Below are positions 51,409 to 63,887 of a DNA stretch of 64,000 nucleotides, piece after piece. Where the stretch lies: the NCBI RefSeq assembly GCF_963921235.1, contig NC_086109.1, positions 30,320,001-30,384,000 of the forward strand. The letters are read 5' to 3'. The translations under genes were made by a program, and so were the position numbers. This DNA comes from Mobula hypostoma. Taxonomy: Eukaryota. The notes below the pieces were generated by a model, which saw nothing but the letters and a program-made list of their open reading frames with translations, did not search any database and had not been told where the DNA came from. The stretch's first letter is position 1, and every line of letters starts with the position of its first letter.

Positions 51409-51489
51409 CAACGGTTTCCAACCTTTTTTATACCATGGACCAATACCATCAAACAAGGGGTCTGTAAACCCCAAGTTGGGAACCTCCTG
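51409..51489. mobile_element. 81-bp hAT (Charlie-like) MITE
   Basis: TIRs CAACGGTTTCCAAC and GTTGGGAACCTCCTG; 8-bp flanks ATTTACAG and ATTTAGAG. Confidence 0.75.
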
Positions 51490-51859
51490 ATTTAGAGTAA
51501 TATTTGTCAAATGCAGGAAAATGGAACTAGCTGTGGTGGGTACTTTAATCAGCATTAATGAGTTAGGCCATAGGATCTGTTTCCGTGCTGACCTACTCTT
51601 GCACTAAAATTCTGTTCAGATTAATTCTAAGCGCCCAACTCCTTCCCTTTGGACAATGCAAGTTTGCTCCAGCACACTGTCCAGAGATTGCATTCCCAGT
51701 AAATTGATTGATTATTATCAAAAGTATCAAGATACAGGGAAAAACAAACAGAATGCAGAATAAAATGTTAGAGTTGCAGAGAAAGTTCAATGCAGGCAGA
51801 TAATAAGGTGTAAGACCATGATGAGGTAGATTTTGTGATGAAGAATATTTTGTGTCAAA

Positions 51860-53145
51860 AGAGGGGGGCCGGAGCCCATGCTCTGTTTATATCAAAGGTG
51901 CTGAGGTTGAGAGGGTTGAAAGCTTCAAGTTCTTTGGAGTGAACATCACCAATAGCCTACCCTGCTGCCACCACATTGATATCACAACCAAGAAAGCTTG
52001 CCAGTGCCTCCTCTACTTCCTCAGGAGCCTAAAGACCTTTGACCTTTGCCTGTTTTATAGTTGCACCATAGAAAACATCATATCCAGATTATTCATGGCT
52101 TTTTATGGCAGCTGTTCTGCCCGTGACAACAAGAAACTGTAGAGAATAGTGGACATGATGGAAACCAATCTCCCATTTACGTACTCTGTCTACATTTCCC
52201 CTTGTCTTGCTAAAGCAGGCAACGTTTCAAAAGATCTCACCCATCCCAGACATTTTCTCTTCTTGTCCCTACCATCGGGTAGAAGAATCAGAATCAGGTT
52301 TAATATCACTGGCATGTGTCGTGAAATTTGTTAACTAAGTTGCAGCAGTACGACGGAATATATGATAAGTATAGAAAAAAATCAGTTACAGTGAGTACAT
52401 GTGTGTATATTAAATAGTTAAATTAAAAGTACCAAAAAAACCAAAAATAATTTTTAAAAAAGTGAGGTAGTGTTCATGGTTTCAACGTCCATTTAGGAAT
52501 CAGATGGCAGAGGGGAAGAAGCTGCTCCCAAGTCTCTGAGTGTGTGCCTTCAGGCTTCTGTACCTCCTTTGTGACGCTAACAATGAGAAGAGGGTATGTC
52601 CTGGGTGATGGGGTCCTTAATAATGGATGCTGCCTTTCTGAGGCACTGCTCCATGAAGATGTCTTGGATACTACGGAGGCTCGTGCCCAGAATACAAAAG
52701 CCTGAAAATACGTTCCACCACACTCAAGAACAGCTTATATCTTTGAGTGCTGATAAAAGGTCTTGGCCTGAAATGTGGACTGCTTAATTTCCTTCTATAG
52801 ATGCTCTCTAACCTCCTGAGCTCGCCCAGCATTTTATGTGTATTGCTCAATATCTCTACATCTACAGTATCTCTTGTGTCATAACTTCTAACCTGCTGTG
52901 AAAAGATTGAAATTTCCCTGGTACAATAAGATGGACTCTTCACCTCACAATTTACCACATTATGACCTTGTGTCCTACTGTCCTCCTGCTTTCTCTCTAA
53001 CTGTAGCATTTTAATCTGCATTCTGTTACTGCTTTCCCTCTCTACTAGCTTAATGCACTGATGTAGTGGAATGATCTCTATGGATGTTATGCAAAGAAAA
53101 GGTTTCCAATGTACCTTGGTACATGTGATGATAACTAACCAATTT
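51860..53145 (+). mobile_element. Rex1/Babar 3' fragment with nested minus-strand Rex tail (52286-52688) and PLE fragment (52745-52880)
   Basis: VERVESFKFFGVNI..LYFLRSLK (51852..52142); nested copy begins with reverse tail AGAATCAGAATCAGGTTTAAT; host resumes AATACAAAAGCCTG. Confidence 0.8.
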
Positions 53146-53342
53146 ATTAGAGATTCAATTAGGATGATTCCTCTGGACAGTGTGCCTGGAACCAAATGAC
53201 ACAGTCCTAAAGGAAGGAGATGGGAATTTAGAAATAATTTGAGCAGAATTTTAGTCATAAAGTGGTACAGCCTAATGGCCTAACCAAGGTACCCCCCATG
53301 GTTAGTTCCATTTGCCTGTGTTAGGCCCATAACCCTATAACT

Positions 53343-53420
53343 TAGGGATACCCCATCTTTTTTATGCCATGAACCCTTAGCATTAACCAATGAGTATGTG
53401 AACCCAGTTGTGAGCTCCTG
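53343..53420. mobile_element. Second, more diverged copy of the hAT MITE
   Basis: TAGGGATACCCCATCTTTTTTATGCCATGAACC...GTTGTGAGCTCCTG, homologous to 51409-51489, inside a CR1 3' UTR. Confidence 0.65.
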
Positions 53421-55344
53421 CTCTAAAGCTTTCCTCTCCATGTAAACCTGTCCAGGTGTCTTTTACCTGACTTACGTAAGTACATTTCTGGAATTTTCTC
53501 CTTGGGTTCTGGATCAGTCACTGAGTGTTTCCAAGATAGGGACTAGCATTTGCATTCACAGAGGGACATGGGGATTGTATTGGTCGATGGAGGGAGATGG
53601 TCAGCTGTACTCTTATTGAATAGTGTAGTCAGTCTGCAGAGATTCCTGCTCCCATTTCATATATTTCTCACTTTTTCAGCAATGCATTTCAATGACAGCA
53701 CAATGCCAGTTATCTTCGTTCTTCGTCTTTCTCCTTTTCTGAATATTCTTCTGCAGCAAAGGATAATGCACCAAAAATTGTTGAAATCTGCAAACCTTAA
53801 AATTGCTGAGTGCATTTTGTTTGCTGTGCTTTAGTCATTTCATTTCAACAGATCAGGCTATGAGGCCAAGAGTCCTCCTTATCGTACAAGGGGTATGTTT
53901 CAGAGTGAGATAACATTGGGATAGAGGATGTCCTTGAGTTTGGAGATGTGTGCTTTCAGGCTTTTGTATCTTCTTCCCAATGGGAGAGGGGAGAAGAGAG
54001 AATATCCAAGGCGGATGGGTCTTTGATTATGCTGGCCGCTTTATTTGAGGCAGTGAGAGGATTGGACAGAGTTCATGGAAGGATGGCTGTAGGGCAAGGG
54101 GGACGTATTTTGCTATTTTTTGATTGTCCAATTATCTAGACTTCACGAGAGTGCACGTTAGGGGGAGATAAGGCAGGAATAACAACTTATTGTCAATGAA
54201 TGAGATTTGTAAACACTAGAAAGAATATCTTTTACCACGAACTTGGGTGCAGGTGAGGCTAAGTTATTCAGCACATGATATCACAAAAGAGGGACTTTAT
54301 TTGTTTATTTCCTCAACTTTGCTGAACCATGCAACAGATTACGAGTCTTTTTCATGATGAATAGATTTTCCAGGAATTTTTAACATTTGTTGTTAAAATT
54401 ATCTGCTAACTGTGAGCAGGTCTTCCCTTTCCAGGATATTCGCTGCATAACTCTCCGGTGACACCTTTGTTATACATCTCATGCCACATTTGTCTGCCGT
54501 CAGTCTTGCGTTTCAATAGCTACTGAACCTTTACTAGCTTTCCTTTGTCAAATGACACAATATACAGTTGAAAAAGAACTGCATTCGATTAGGACCGTCC
54601 ATCATCAGTTGTTAAATTCTTTGTTCTCTGCTCTGTATCAGGAACAGAAAGACTGCCACCTTTTGATGCTCTCTCACTGAATCAAATCCCTAGTTTCCAA
54701 TCAACGTAGCTTTCCGCTTCTGTTTAAGAGGGGTATTTTACCGAGTTGAAATAAACTCATAAATATACAGTGTCACCCATTGTATTCACACAATAACCAT
54801 CACCCCTTCAATCAATATTCACCCAAATAACATTCAGAAAACTAGCTGATTTACCAAAACATCATGGGAAAGCAAGGGCAAACTTTTTTTTCTGACTGCC
54901 TAATTGTCAGGTCCAACTTGAATTGTAACCTTGAACAAAACTGGATGTTGGCTAATCAAGCTTTCCTTCTAATTAACGTCTGAAACAAAAGACATTATTA
55001 AAAGGCTTGCTTGCAATACTTTGCGTATCTTCAGCATACAAAAAAGGTCTTGCTGATTTTTCAGACTCAGCTCCATTAACCTTAAAAATGAAAAGATTAA
55101 GGATAGATTTATCACTGCTGGCATCAAGCTTTTTTCATCAGAAGTCTACACCAAAGAATCCGCAGTTCATCAGAATTTGCATTTGCTGGAAAGCCATAAG
55201 GCCACATTTCCTGGACTTTGAACTGATTGACTAATTCATCTTTTAAATTGAACAATATCAATTTTTTTTAATTTCAAGTTCATATCCCTTTAAGACTCAA
55301 TATTATGAGAATTTTTACTGCTCAGGAAATATTCTTGTCACAAG

Positions 55345-55670
55345 GACATAAGAAATAGGAACAGGGCTAGGCTATCTTTGAACTTTCTCTAGCATTCAAT
55401 ATTATGTCTGATCTTTTATCTCAGGGTCATTTTCCTGCACTGTCTTCACATTTCCAGTTAATGTCTGGAAAATTATTGATCTCTGTTTAAAATGAATAAC
55501 AGAGTCTTCAGAGAGCCCCTTCAGATGGAGTTCCAAAAATTCACCACTTTCTCCTTGAAGAAGTTTCCCCTCATCTCAATCCTACGAGGCCTACCCATTA
55601 TTCTGAAGCTGTGACTCCTGGTTCTTAATTCTTCAGTCAGAGAAAAGACCTTCCCTATCTATTGAACCTC
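55345..55670 (-). mobile_element. Old CR1 3' end
   Basis: CATAAGAAATAGGAACAGG tail and GAGTTCCAAAAATTCACCACT, as at 495-760. Confidence 0.7.
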
Positions 55671-55721
55671 CTTTCATTCCTTTAGACATTAACAAGCACA
55701 GAAGTAGTCTACTCAATCTCT

Positions 55722-56430
55722 CAAAGTCAAAGTAAATTTATTATCAAAGCACATACATTGCAGATGTCACGATATATACCGTGAGATTAATTTTCTTGTA
55801 GGCGTTTACAAGAAAATAAAAAAATACAATACAATTTATGAAAACTATACTTAAATAAAGACTGACACAGTCATTGTGCAAACAAAGATAAACTAAGCAA
55901 ATAAAAAGATAGCAAATAATAAAAGAATATGATTTGCAGAGTTCTTGAAAGTGAGTCTGTAAGTTGTGTAAACTGTTCGGTGTTGGGGTGAGTGAAGTTA
56001 TCCATGCTGGTTTGGGAGTCTGATGGTTGTAGGGTAATAACTGTTCCTAAACCTGGTGGTGTGGACCATAAGGCTCCTGTACCTCCTTCTGATGGGCACA
56101 GTGAAAAGGGAAAATACTTGGATGGTGGGGATCCTTGACGTTTGATGCTGCTTTTTTTTGTAGTGGCCCTCCTTGAAAACGTGTTCAATAGTGATTGGAC
56201 TATGATGGACTGGGCTTATATCCACCACATTCTGTAGATTGTTCTGTTTCTGAGCATTGGCGTTTCCATATCAGGTCATGATGCAGGCAGCCAGGATTCT
56301 CTTCATTGTGCATCTATAGAAGTTAGTCAAAGTTTTAGACTGAATCTGTGTAAACTTTTAAGAAAGTAAAGATGCCACTGCTCATTCTTTGTGATAGCAT
56401 TTACATGCTGAACCCAAGACAGATCCTCAG
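55722..56430 (-). mobile_element. Rex1/Babar 3' fragment
   Basis: ORF 55998..56228 (RRYRSLMVHTTRFRNSYYPTTIRL); reverse tail CAAAGTCAAAGTAAATTTATT. Confidence 0.85.
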
Positions 56431-56692
56431 ACAGCAAATGATCTTTGTTTCACTTCTTCTGGGGCAAAATTATCTTTTTTAATGTATTGTGCGCCACACT
56501 CCACATGCTATCTCAAGAAAGCCTAAAGTAAAACAAATATTCACCGGATTAGTTACTGGAATGTCTTGCCTCCTATTGCTATCAATTGTAGATGGGATTG
56601 ATAATGTAAATTTTTTGAGAGCAGAATAGTTAGACTGCCCTAGGTGACGAGCAAATAAAGGAGTTTGGAATATTTTGCTCCTTTTCATAAGT

Positions 56693-56895
56693 GCACGCTG
56701 GCCACTTTATTAGGTACACCCCTGTACTCCTGTTCATAAATGCAAATATTTAATCAGCCAATCATGTGGCAACAACTCTATGCATAAAAGCTTGCCGATG
56801 TGGTCAAGAAGTTCAGTTGTTGTTCAGATCAAACATCAGAATAGGGAAGAAATGTGATCTGAGTACTTGTTGGCCACCCTATAAGGTACAGAGTG
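56693..56895 (+). mobile_element. Truncated Tc1-derived non-autonomous element
   Basis: TGGCCACTTTATTAGGTACACC...CAGCCAATCATGTGGCAACAACTC, homologous to the copies starting at 81 and 46634. Confidence 0.8.
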
Positions 56896-57024
56896 CAAGA
56901 AGGGACTTCTCCCCTTTGAGGAAGGTGATCTTGTGTATCTGGTGAGAAGGTCAATCATCCATAAATTGTTCAGTCCCAGTAATACTTCCATTATAAATGT
57001 ACTGAGCTAGAAGAAGAAAAAGGA

Positions 57025-57410
57025 AGATGAAAGGTGTCCAGAGCTGTCAGAACCACTTCCTGCAGTCTCAGAGTCAAATCCTGCAATCAACATGGAGGAG
57101 GCCGCAGAACATGAGATTGTTCGCACAGCCACAAGTCTCACCGGCCAAGTAGCATGATCTTGCTTGTAAGGAAAGCAAGAGCAAGAAATCCTCCACAGTG
57201 ATTAAATCTTTAGACCTGAATGGGATAATTAAAATTTGCTATGCTGTGGATATCTGTATATAGTAGTTGCATTATAGTATATACTGTGTATATAGTTGAG
57301 ATGCATTCTCTGTTGAACTGGCATTTTATAGCTAAGCAGGTAGGAGTGTTATGCATTTGCTATTTCAATAACTTTTGAGTAATGTTGTGTGTGAATGTAT
57401 GTATTGTGTA

Positions 57411-57441
<31 letters not shown>

Positions 57442-57641
57442 GATTAAGCAGTTTTGTTCCTATAAATAAATCATGACAGGATTACAGGTTATATGAATAA
57501 GTACATGAATTGCATACATCATCAAGCTACCACGTGATATATGTAGCCTCGCTTAAAGTCAACACCAAATTAGACCCGCATGTCAGACTCCCGTGTCTTT
57601 CTTTGAACTCGTTTAATGTTTTGAAGTTACAAAACATGACT
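57025..57641 (+). mobile_element. Gypsy LTR retrotransposon 3' end (pol tail, PPT, LTR 57347-57641)
   Basis: RCPELSEPLPAVSES...RARNPPQ*LNL* integrase-tail relic; purine tract AAGCAGGTAGGAG (57334-57346) then TGTT; LTR homologous to the reverse of 60119-60347. Confidence 0.82.
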
Positions 57642-59074
57642 CTGATCTTCTCAGAGATCCTGGGTTAGCTGCTTAGCCATGAACTTATCAAAATAAAGGT
57701 AAGAGGCTTTTTGCAATGAGCTGGAAACAGCACTGTTGACTGAAGGAGAAGAAAGAAATATATATGTATTTTATATAAATATCTATATAATGCTGATGTT
57801 GTTAATTGCAGCACACTTTAGGTTTTATAAGCGCAATCAAAAGGAATATATAATACTGCGAAATATAAACATGCAACACCAAAGCAAATCTATTCTCAGT
57901 GTTTCATGATAGAATATCAATGTAACCTGAGTTATATCTTGTTTGCAACCATTTTCAAGTCAATAGTGAAATTTGCCTGATATTTTCTGTTGTGAGGTAC
58001 ATTGATGCCATTCCCATTTAGAGAATGCATGTAATGACAACATTCCCCTGTGATTCCCTGCACAGCACTGCTTTTGAAGGATTGTACGGGAATCTGCTAC
58101 TGAAGTTGTGCAGTGGCTTACTGGTAATTCAGAAGACAAGAAATACGACTATAACATTACTAATAACACCTTTTCTGAAATAATTGTCCAACTGTCATTG
58201 CAAACAATGGAGAAGCAAGCAGAGGCAAAACTGATTCAAAGGATGTGCTGTGCTGATATATGGCACAGCTGAATAATTAGTTGTTAGACAGAGTTGGTAT
58301 TGCTTTTGCTGTTGGAGCAAATGATTTGGAGAGGAGTTAATGTGGAAGAGTTTTGATCCCGTCCACCTAACCCAGGTGGAAAGTTGGATTGCTCCAAGTG
58401 CCGAGCCAATTTGGTGATGTCAAGAACGGCTTTGGGCTGTGTGCCCCAGATATGTCACTATACTGGGATCTGGGTCCTGGAGTGAGGCTGTCATCTCTGC
58501 TAGTTTTCAGCACTTTGCCCCGCTAATATGGTGAACTGAGATTGAGGCTTTGGCCTACTCCGGCTATTCTGGGGAGCGAATCTCAGGACTCAATCTGGTT
58601 TGCTTTCTCTCAATTGCTCCCATTGTTAGCATGATGTGTGTGTGTGTTTTTCCCTCTTTCACAGCACAGTGGTTATGGTCTTTCTTTTATCTTTAATGGG
58701 TTATATCGGTTTCTTGCTTTGTGGCTGCCTGTAAGCAAACAAATCTCAAGGTGTATAATTTATATGTTCTTTGATAATAAACGTTTTTTGTATCTTTGTT
58801 CTGAAGTTGTCTGTCAATGCGGAATCTCAGGAACCCTGATCTGAATCTTGCATATTTACCTGGTGTCTTACTACATTTAAGCCTATCCAACATTGTGGGG
58901 ATGTGATTGGCTGAGACAACTACAACTTGATTAGAGGTCCATCCACTATTTGCATAGCACATCCCCTACAATAAAGTCAACTGAAAGCAAATTAAGAAAG
59001 TTACTGGGTGATGCTCCAACTGTCCCCGTGCCGAACACCATGAACTGTTCCCCAACAAAGGACAAATAGATGTG

Positions 59075-59585
59075 ATGTTGGTGCTAACCTCTGTGCCTCT
59101 GGTTGGAAAGCAGATTGGACCAAGGAAGGACCATGCTGCTCAGAGGAATCATGAAAGTGTTGAAAGAAGTGGTCCAACTACAACAGTTTTTGTAGGCAAC
59201 ATATATAAGAAAGCTTCTGACATGTTAATAAGGCAGTTACTTGTGAAATATGGCTTGGTTTTAAGCTGGAAGAGAGTTCAAGGAGCTTAAGGGAAGTTAC
59301 AAGTTTTTGGAAAGAACCAGAATCTAATCTGTGTACATTAAAGGTATTGCCTGAACTTCAAATGAAAGATAAAAAGCTGCTTGTATACGTACACACAAAG
59401 ACCAAAGCCTTATGGGATGAATGGAAGGCCAGACAGAAAGGAGTCAATGGAGCACAAAAACAGAAGATTCGTCAGAGGATATTGTGAATGAGGACACCAA
59501 ATGGAAGCATCAAATCGTAAAGGGACCAATAAGAGAATACTCCAGTGAACTGAATGCACCGTTCCATGATCAAGATGCACAAATG
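59075..59585 (+). pseudogene. RBM25: Processed (intronless) pseudogene fragment of RNA-binding motif protein 25, RRM region
   Basis: GPTTTVFVGNIYKKASDMLIRQLLVKYGLVLSWKRVQGA*GKLQVFG / EPES...KKLLV...KTKALWDEWKA / IREYSSELNAP matches vertebrate RBM25; stop at 59288-59290, plus frameshifts and deletions. Confidence 0.92.
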
Positions 59586-60347
59586 AAACAATCTCTTCAT
59601 GTATGTTTAAGCCCATTACCAAACTGACAATGATCATACAACCTCTTCAATTCAGCCAAGTACACCGAAACGGATTCCCCTTCCTTTTGATTGTGCTTAT
59701 GAAACCTATAGTGTTCAGCAATTTACAATAGCTTTGGTTCTAAGAGTTCCTGCATCACTTTGACAATATCAGCAAAGCTAATTTTTGATGGTTTGGTTGG
59801 AGCAGTCAAACTTTGAAGCAAACTCAATGCATTTAGCAAAATTTGGCACACACTTCTCATTGGTAATTTCATTTGCTTCAAAATACGTTGCAGTAGCTCA
59901 GTATACATGAGCCGATTACCTGTTGTGTAAGCAAATTCATCATTCTTCCTAATGTAGCCAGCCATTTCTGCTCTTATTTTTATGGTTATTATCACCTGGT
60001 ACTCGCTCCTTATGAACCCTGAATTCTTACGTTTATGGCCTTTTTTAAAACTCGACTGTCTGCATGTGCTGGGCTGCATTTTTTATTCACTGTGCTCTCA
60101 TCCCATCCTCATTACCAATGTTATATTTTGTAACTTCAAAACATTAAACTAATTCAAAGAAAAGCATGGGAGTCTGAAATGCAGATCTAACTTTAGGCCA
60201 CATGTATCACATGGTAGCGTAATAACATATGCAATTCATGTATTTATAAATGTAACCTGTAATAAATTATTTAAAGGAACAAGAATGCTTAATCAAGTAT
60301 ATATATTTGATTTATTACTCGAACATTATTGAAATATCAAATACACA
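59575..60347 (-). mobile_element. Gypsy LTR retrotransposon 5' end (LTR 60119-60347, PBS, gag N-terminus)
   Basis: PBS-like TGGTAATGAGG next to the LTR; gag relic MAGYI...LLQSLTAPTKP...LEPKLL*IAEHYRFHKHNQKEGESVSVYLAELKRLYDHCQFG. Confidence 0.88.
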
Positions 60348-60999
60348 ATCAGCATCCATGGTTATTGCCTGTAAGAAGTCCTTCTCTGCTGATTTCTAAG
60401 GTGAGAATGTCTAAACTTTATTCTCTAAAATATTCTATGTGTCAACATTCACACAAGGCCTCATTTGTAATGGAATCAAAAAATATGAAACAGAAGTATA
60501 ATAACTCTTGTCTTGATATGAAACAAAGTACAGCACCTTTTTAAGCCTTCAGAATATCATAAATAGATTTATATTTGATGACTTGCCTTTGAAATGTAGT
60601 TTTAGTTGGGAAATGAAGGCAATTTGAATGTAACAAGCTTCTCTTGGCAGCATATGAGAAAAATCACCAGTTAATCGTGGTATTAGGTCAGGAAAGAATG
60701 TTTGGCAGAAGACAGGGCAAATTTCTTGTGTTGAGCAATGGGACTGCATCTTGTCTTCCTAACTACTTAGTTAAATATCTGAAATAGCAACTCCATCAAT
60801 CTCTTGCTATTGCATATAAGGCAAAGACTATTAGAGAAGAATCCTCATTCTTTTGGACAGAGGATTACAAAGATTTACCCTCTAGCCGAAGAAATTCTTA
60901 ACTCTTTGATTAATTGATTCCTTGTTCCAAGATTAGTCGCTTCAATCTCAACCCATACAATCTGATTTTCATGTCCTAAACAATGTAAATTAATTCAAT

Positions 61000-62100
61000 T
61001 TTTACCTGACCTTTTGTAATGTATGATGCATCATGGCAACCCTTTGATACCCTAAGATTTCAATGGGATGGCATAAAGGATGTTGTACCATGATGCTCAC
61101 AGATTACATGCCATGATTGGCTTGTTAGATATCCTGGCTACAATCCCGAAAAACTTCATTGGCAGATTTCAGATTTTCCACATTAAAGTCATTCTATCTG
61201 CTACAGCACTGAAATGGGATGCTCAGTGAGAATGAAATTCTGTGGTAACCAGGCTTCCTTTCATTGCATGATGTGATGACACAATCCCAGCTCATTGTTA
61301 TGAAGGCCCTTGTCAGTATATTGTTCACTGATACACATGAAAAGTTGGGCCTTGTCTATCCAAAAAGCAATGGTCTTCTGCCAGCTTGACTCTGTTCATT
61401 AACACCCACCTGATAATAATGGAAAACATGGACTACTCTCAAATTCTGAGAAATTACTCCATGGCACCAGGGATGAAATTCACCATCACTTTTTCTGTGC
61501 CAACGGTGCCTTTGGCCAACTGAGAAACATGATCAGCTATGACCTTTAAATGAGTCATCAATGCTCTTGCCCTCCAATACAATTCTGAGACTTAGATCAC
61601 CTGTAATAGATATCTCAAGGGTCTGAGGACGTATCACCAAAGTCGAATCAGTGAAATTCTCCAAGTCCACAAAGATGGAAAAAGGTTGCCCTCTCCTAGG
61701 ACAGTATCTTCTGCATTGAGTCTTAATTTCACTTAATCTGATCTGTTATTCAGGCCACATCATTTAGAAGCAACAACAGACAATATTCTGAGCTCCATTC
61801 TGAGAATGGATTACAAAGGGAGATATCCAAGGGTGTCCTTTAGTATTCTTTGAGGAAATACATCTTTTTCACTGACAGCTAGAAACTCCTGGTACAAGGC
61901 CTTTCAAAGAAGCAAAGCTGCATTCAGCACTGAGAGCTCCAAGGCTATTAACTGAGAGCATGCGACAGCTGAATGCTTGTGGAAGTAGGGGTGCATCACC
62001 TTCCCAACTGTCCATCCCATGAAACACCTCCTGCTCCAGCTATGGAGAAGTCTACTATTCTCATATTAGTTTCATTAGTCATCTCTGAAGCCACGCAACT
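61000..62100 (+). mobile_element. Ancient RTE-clade LINE relic
   Basis: LFTDTHEKLGL, MENMDYSQIL, DEIHHHFFCANGAFGQLR and LQYNSET correspond to RTE ORF2 motifs downstream of the RT core. Confidence 0.7.
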
Positions 62101-62499
62101 CTATTGGATGCAATTCATCCCCAATCCAGGAGGAATGCCTCAAAAGAAGATAAAAGTAGTTAATTCTTGTCGTGTGGCATCATTTTCATTTTAAGCAACT
62201 ATGAATCAGTTACAGACTACTCTGTTCCTTTATCTTGTCTTATTTTCTATTTCAACAGTGACTAAAGAAAAACAATGTAACAAAAGTCTTTTCAGCTTTC
62301 AGAAGATTTACACCATTTGCTATATTTTTCTTAAATGAAGTACAATGTGAAAATAAAACACAAGACTTATTTCATTTGAGGAAAAGAAACATTTTGATTT
62401 ACATCTTGAAAGAGCACAGATTGGGCTTATAGTATGATTTTTTTCCCCACAGTGCAGGTATCTAAAGCTAAATTAGGCAAGCAATAAGAAATAGTTGGG

Positions 62500-62715
62500 C
62501 AATCTGAGAAGAGGCTTTCATACCCAGAGTGTGATTGGAGTCTGGGGTTCCCTGACTGAGTGGGTGCTGGAGGCAGGTACTTTACAACTGATAAGTACTT
62601 GAATGGCCAGCACATAGAAGGCTATGGAGCAAGTTCCAGTAATTGGGATTGGTATAGAAAGGTATTTGATGCTTGACATGGACATGATGGGCTGAAGTTT
62701 CTGTGCTCTATGACT
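62500..62715 (+). mobile_element. CR1 3' end
   Basis: ACCCAGAGTGTGATTGGAGTCTGG...GGACATGATGGGCTGAAG...CTGTGCTCTATGACT. Confidence 0.75.
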
Positions 62716-63454
62716 GATTTTTTGCACCCTACTCGGACTTTGTTAAACTCAGTATTCCAATTTGTATTCAGTTGCTTGTAATCTGAGCTGCCTATTGTAT
62801 TGAATTAAATGTAACTGGATGTTGGGCATTGAGTACAGACTGTGCCTGTGTGCATTTATCACCAAGGACAAATTTCTCAGCCAACATTTTTTTTATTTTC
62901 TAGAGAATTTGACTTTATTTAAGGAAATTGTATGATTCAGCTGCCACATGCAGTGTGTTATTGATGTAAATATGTATTTTCTTGAGGGAGAGGTACACAG
63001 TCTTTGAAATCTTACAAAAATATATAATTCAAAAGGTCAGAGAAATTGCTAGGGTACTACAGTAATACTTCTGAGCGCAATATTCCAGCTGCAGCAATGC
63101 TGATCAAAGAAAAGTAGTGTTGTAAAAGAACGATTGTGGAGTCTATGGCACCAGCTAATTCTTCTGAAACAGGCTGTAATGCGTGCTGAAATGTGCCTTG
63201 CAGCGCATTTCTCATGTAGTATCCTCCCACTCTAGCACTTACCCTCCCAATGCAGCTGAATGTTTTCTCCAGCCATTTACCACTCTACTTTAGCTCCCAC
63301 TATCAGAGCTCTGCTTTCCAGTGTCTTCCCCAGTGCAAACGCTGTGCTCCAAACCAGGAGGTATTGACTCTTAAACAGACCAGCTGAGCTTCTGGAATTT
63401 TTGTTTTATTCCTTTACCATCGTCTTTAAATTGAAAAAGCATCTTAGCAAAGTC

Positions 63455-63887
63455 ACCCATACAAAATGCTGGTGGAATGCAGCAGGCCAGGCAGCATCTC
63501 TAGGAAGAGGTACAGTCGACGTTTTGGGCCAAGACCCTTCGTCAGGACTAACTGAAAGAAGAGATAATAAGAGATTTGAAAGTGGGAGTGGGAGGGGGAG
63601 ATCTGAAATGATAGGAGAAGACAGGAGGGGGAGGGATGGAGCTAAGAGCTGGAAAGTTGATTGGCAAAAGGGATACAAAGCTGGAGAAGGGGGAGGATCA
63701 TGGGACAGGAGGTCTAGGGAGAAAGAAAGGGGGAAGGGAACCCAGAGGAAGATGGAGAGCAGGCAAGGAGTGATTGTGAGAGGGACAGGGAGAGAAAAAA
63801 GGGAGAGAAAAAAAGAGAGGAAAAAAGGGGGGAGTAATAATAAGGGATGGGGTAAGAAGAGGAGGAGGGGCATTAATGGAAGTTAGA
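63455..63887 (-). mobile_element. Young PLE terminal-repeat fragment; hammerhead motif at 63514-63549 with GAAA changed to AAAA
   Basis: Reverse homolog of 43771-44116; minus strand reads AGTC-CTGACGA-AGGGTCTTGGCCC-AAAAC-GTC-GACT. Confidence 0.85.

Noticed and set aside
52671..53258. 195-aa minus-strand ORF
   Set aside because: Runs across three unrelated repeat fragments.
57385..57441. (TG)n/(TA)n microsatellite
   Set aside because: Ordinary slippage expansion inside the LTR.
59072..59290. Functional RBM25 exon
   Set aside because: In-frame stop, frameshifts, deletions, substitutions at conserved residues, and no introns or splice sites.
63401..63886. 161-aa and 155-aa ORFs on opposite strands
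   Set aside because: Same PLE low-complexity repeat; no protein features.
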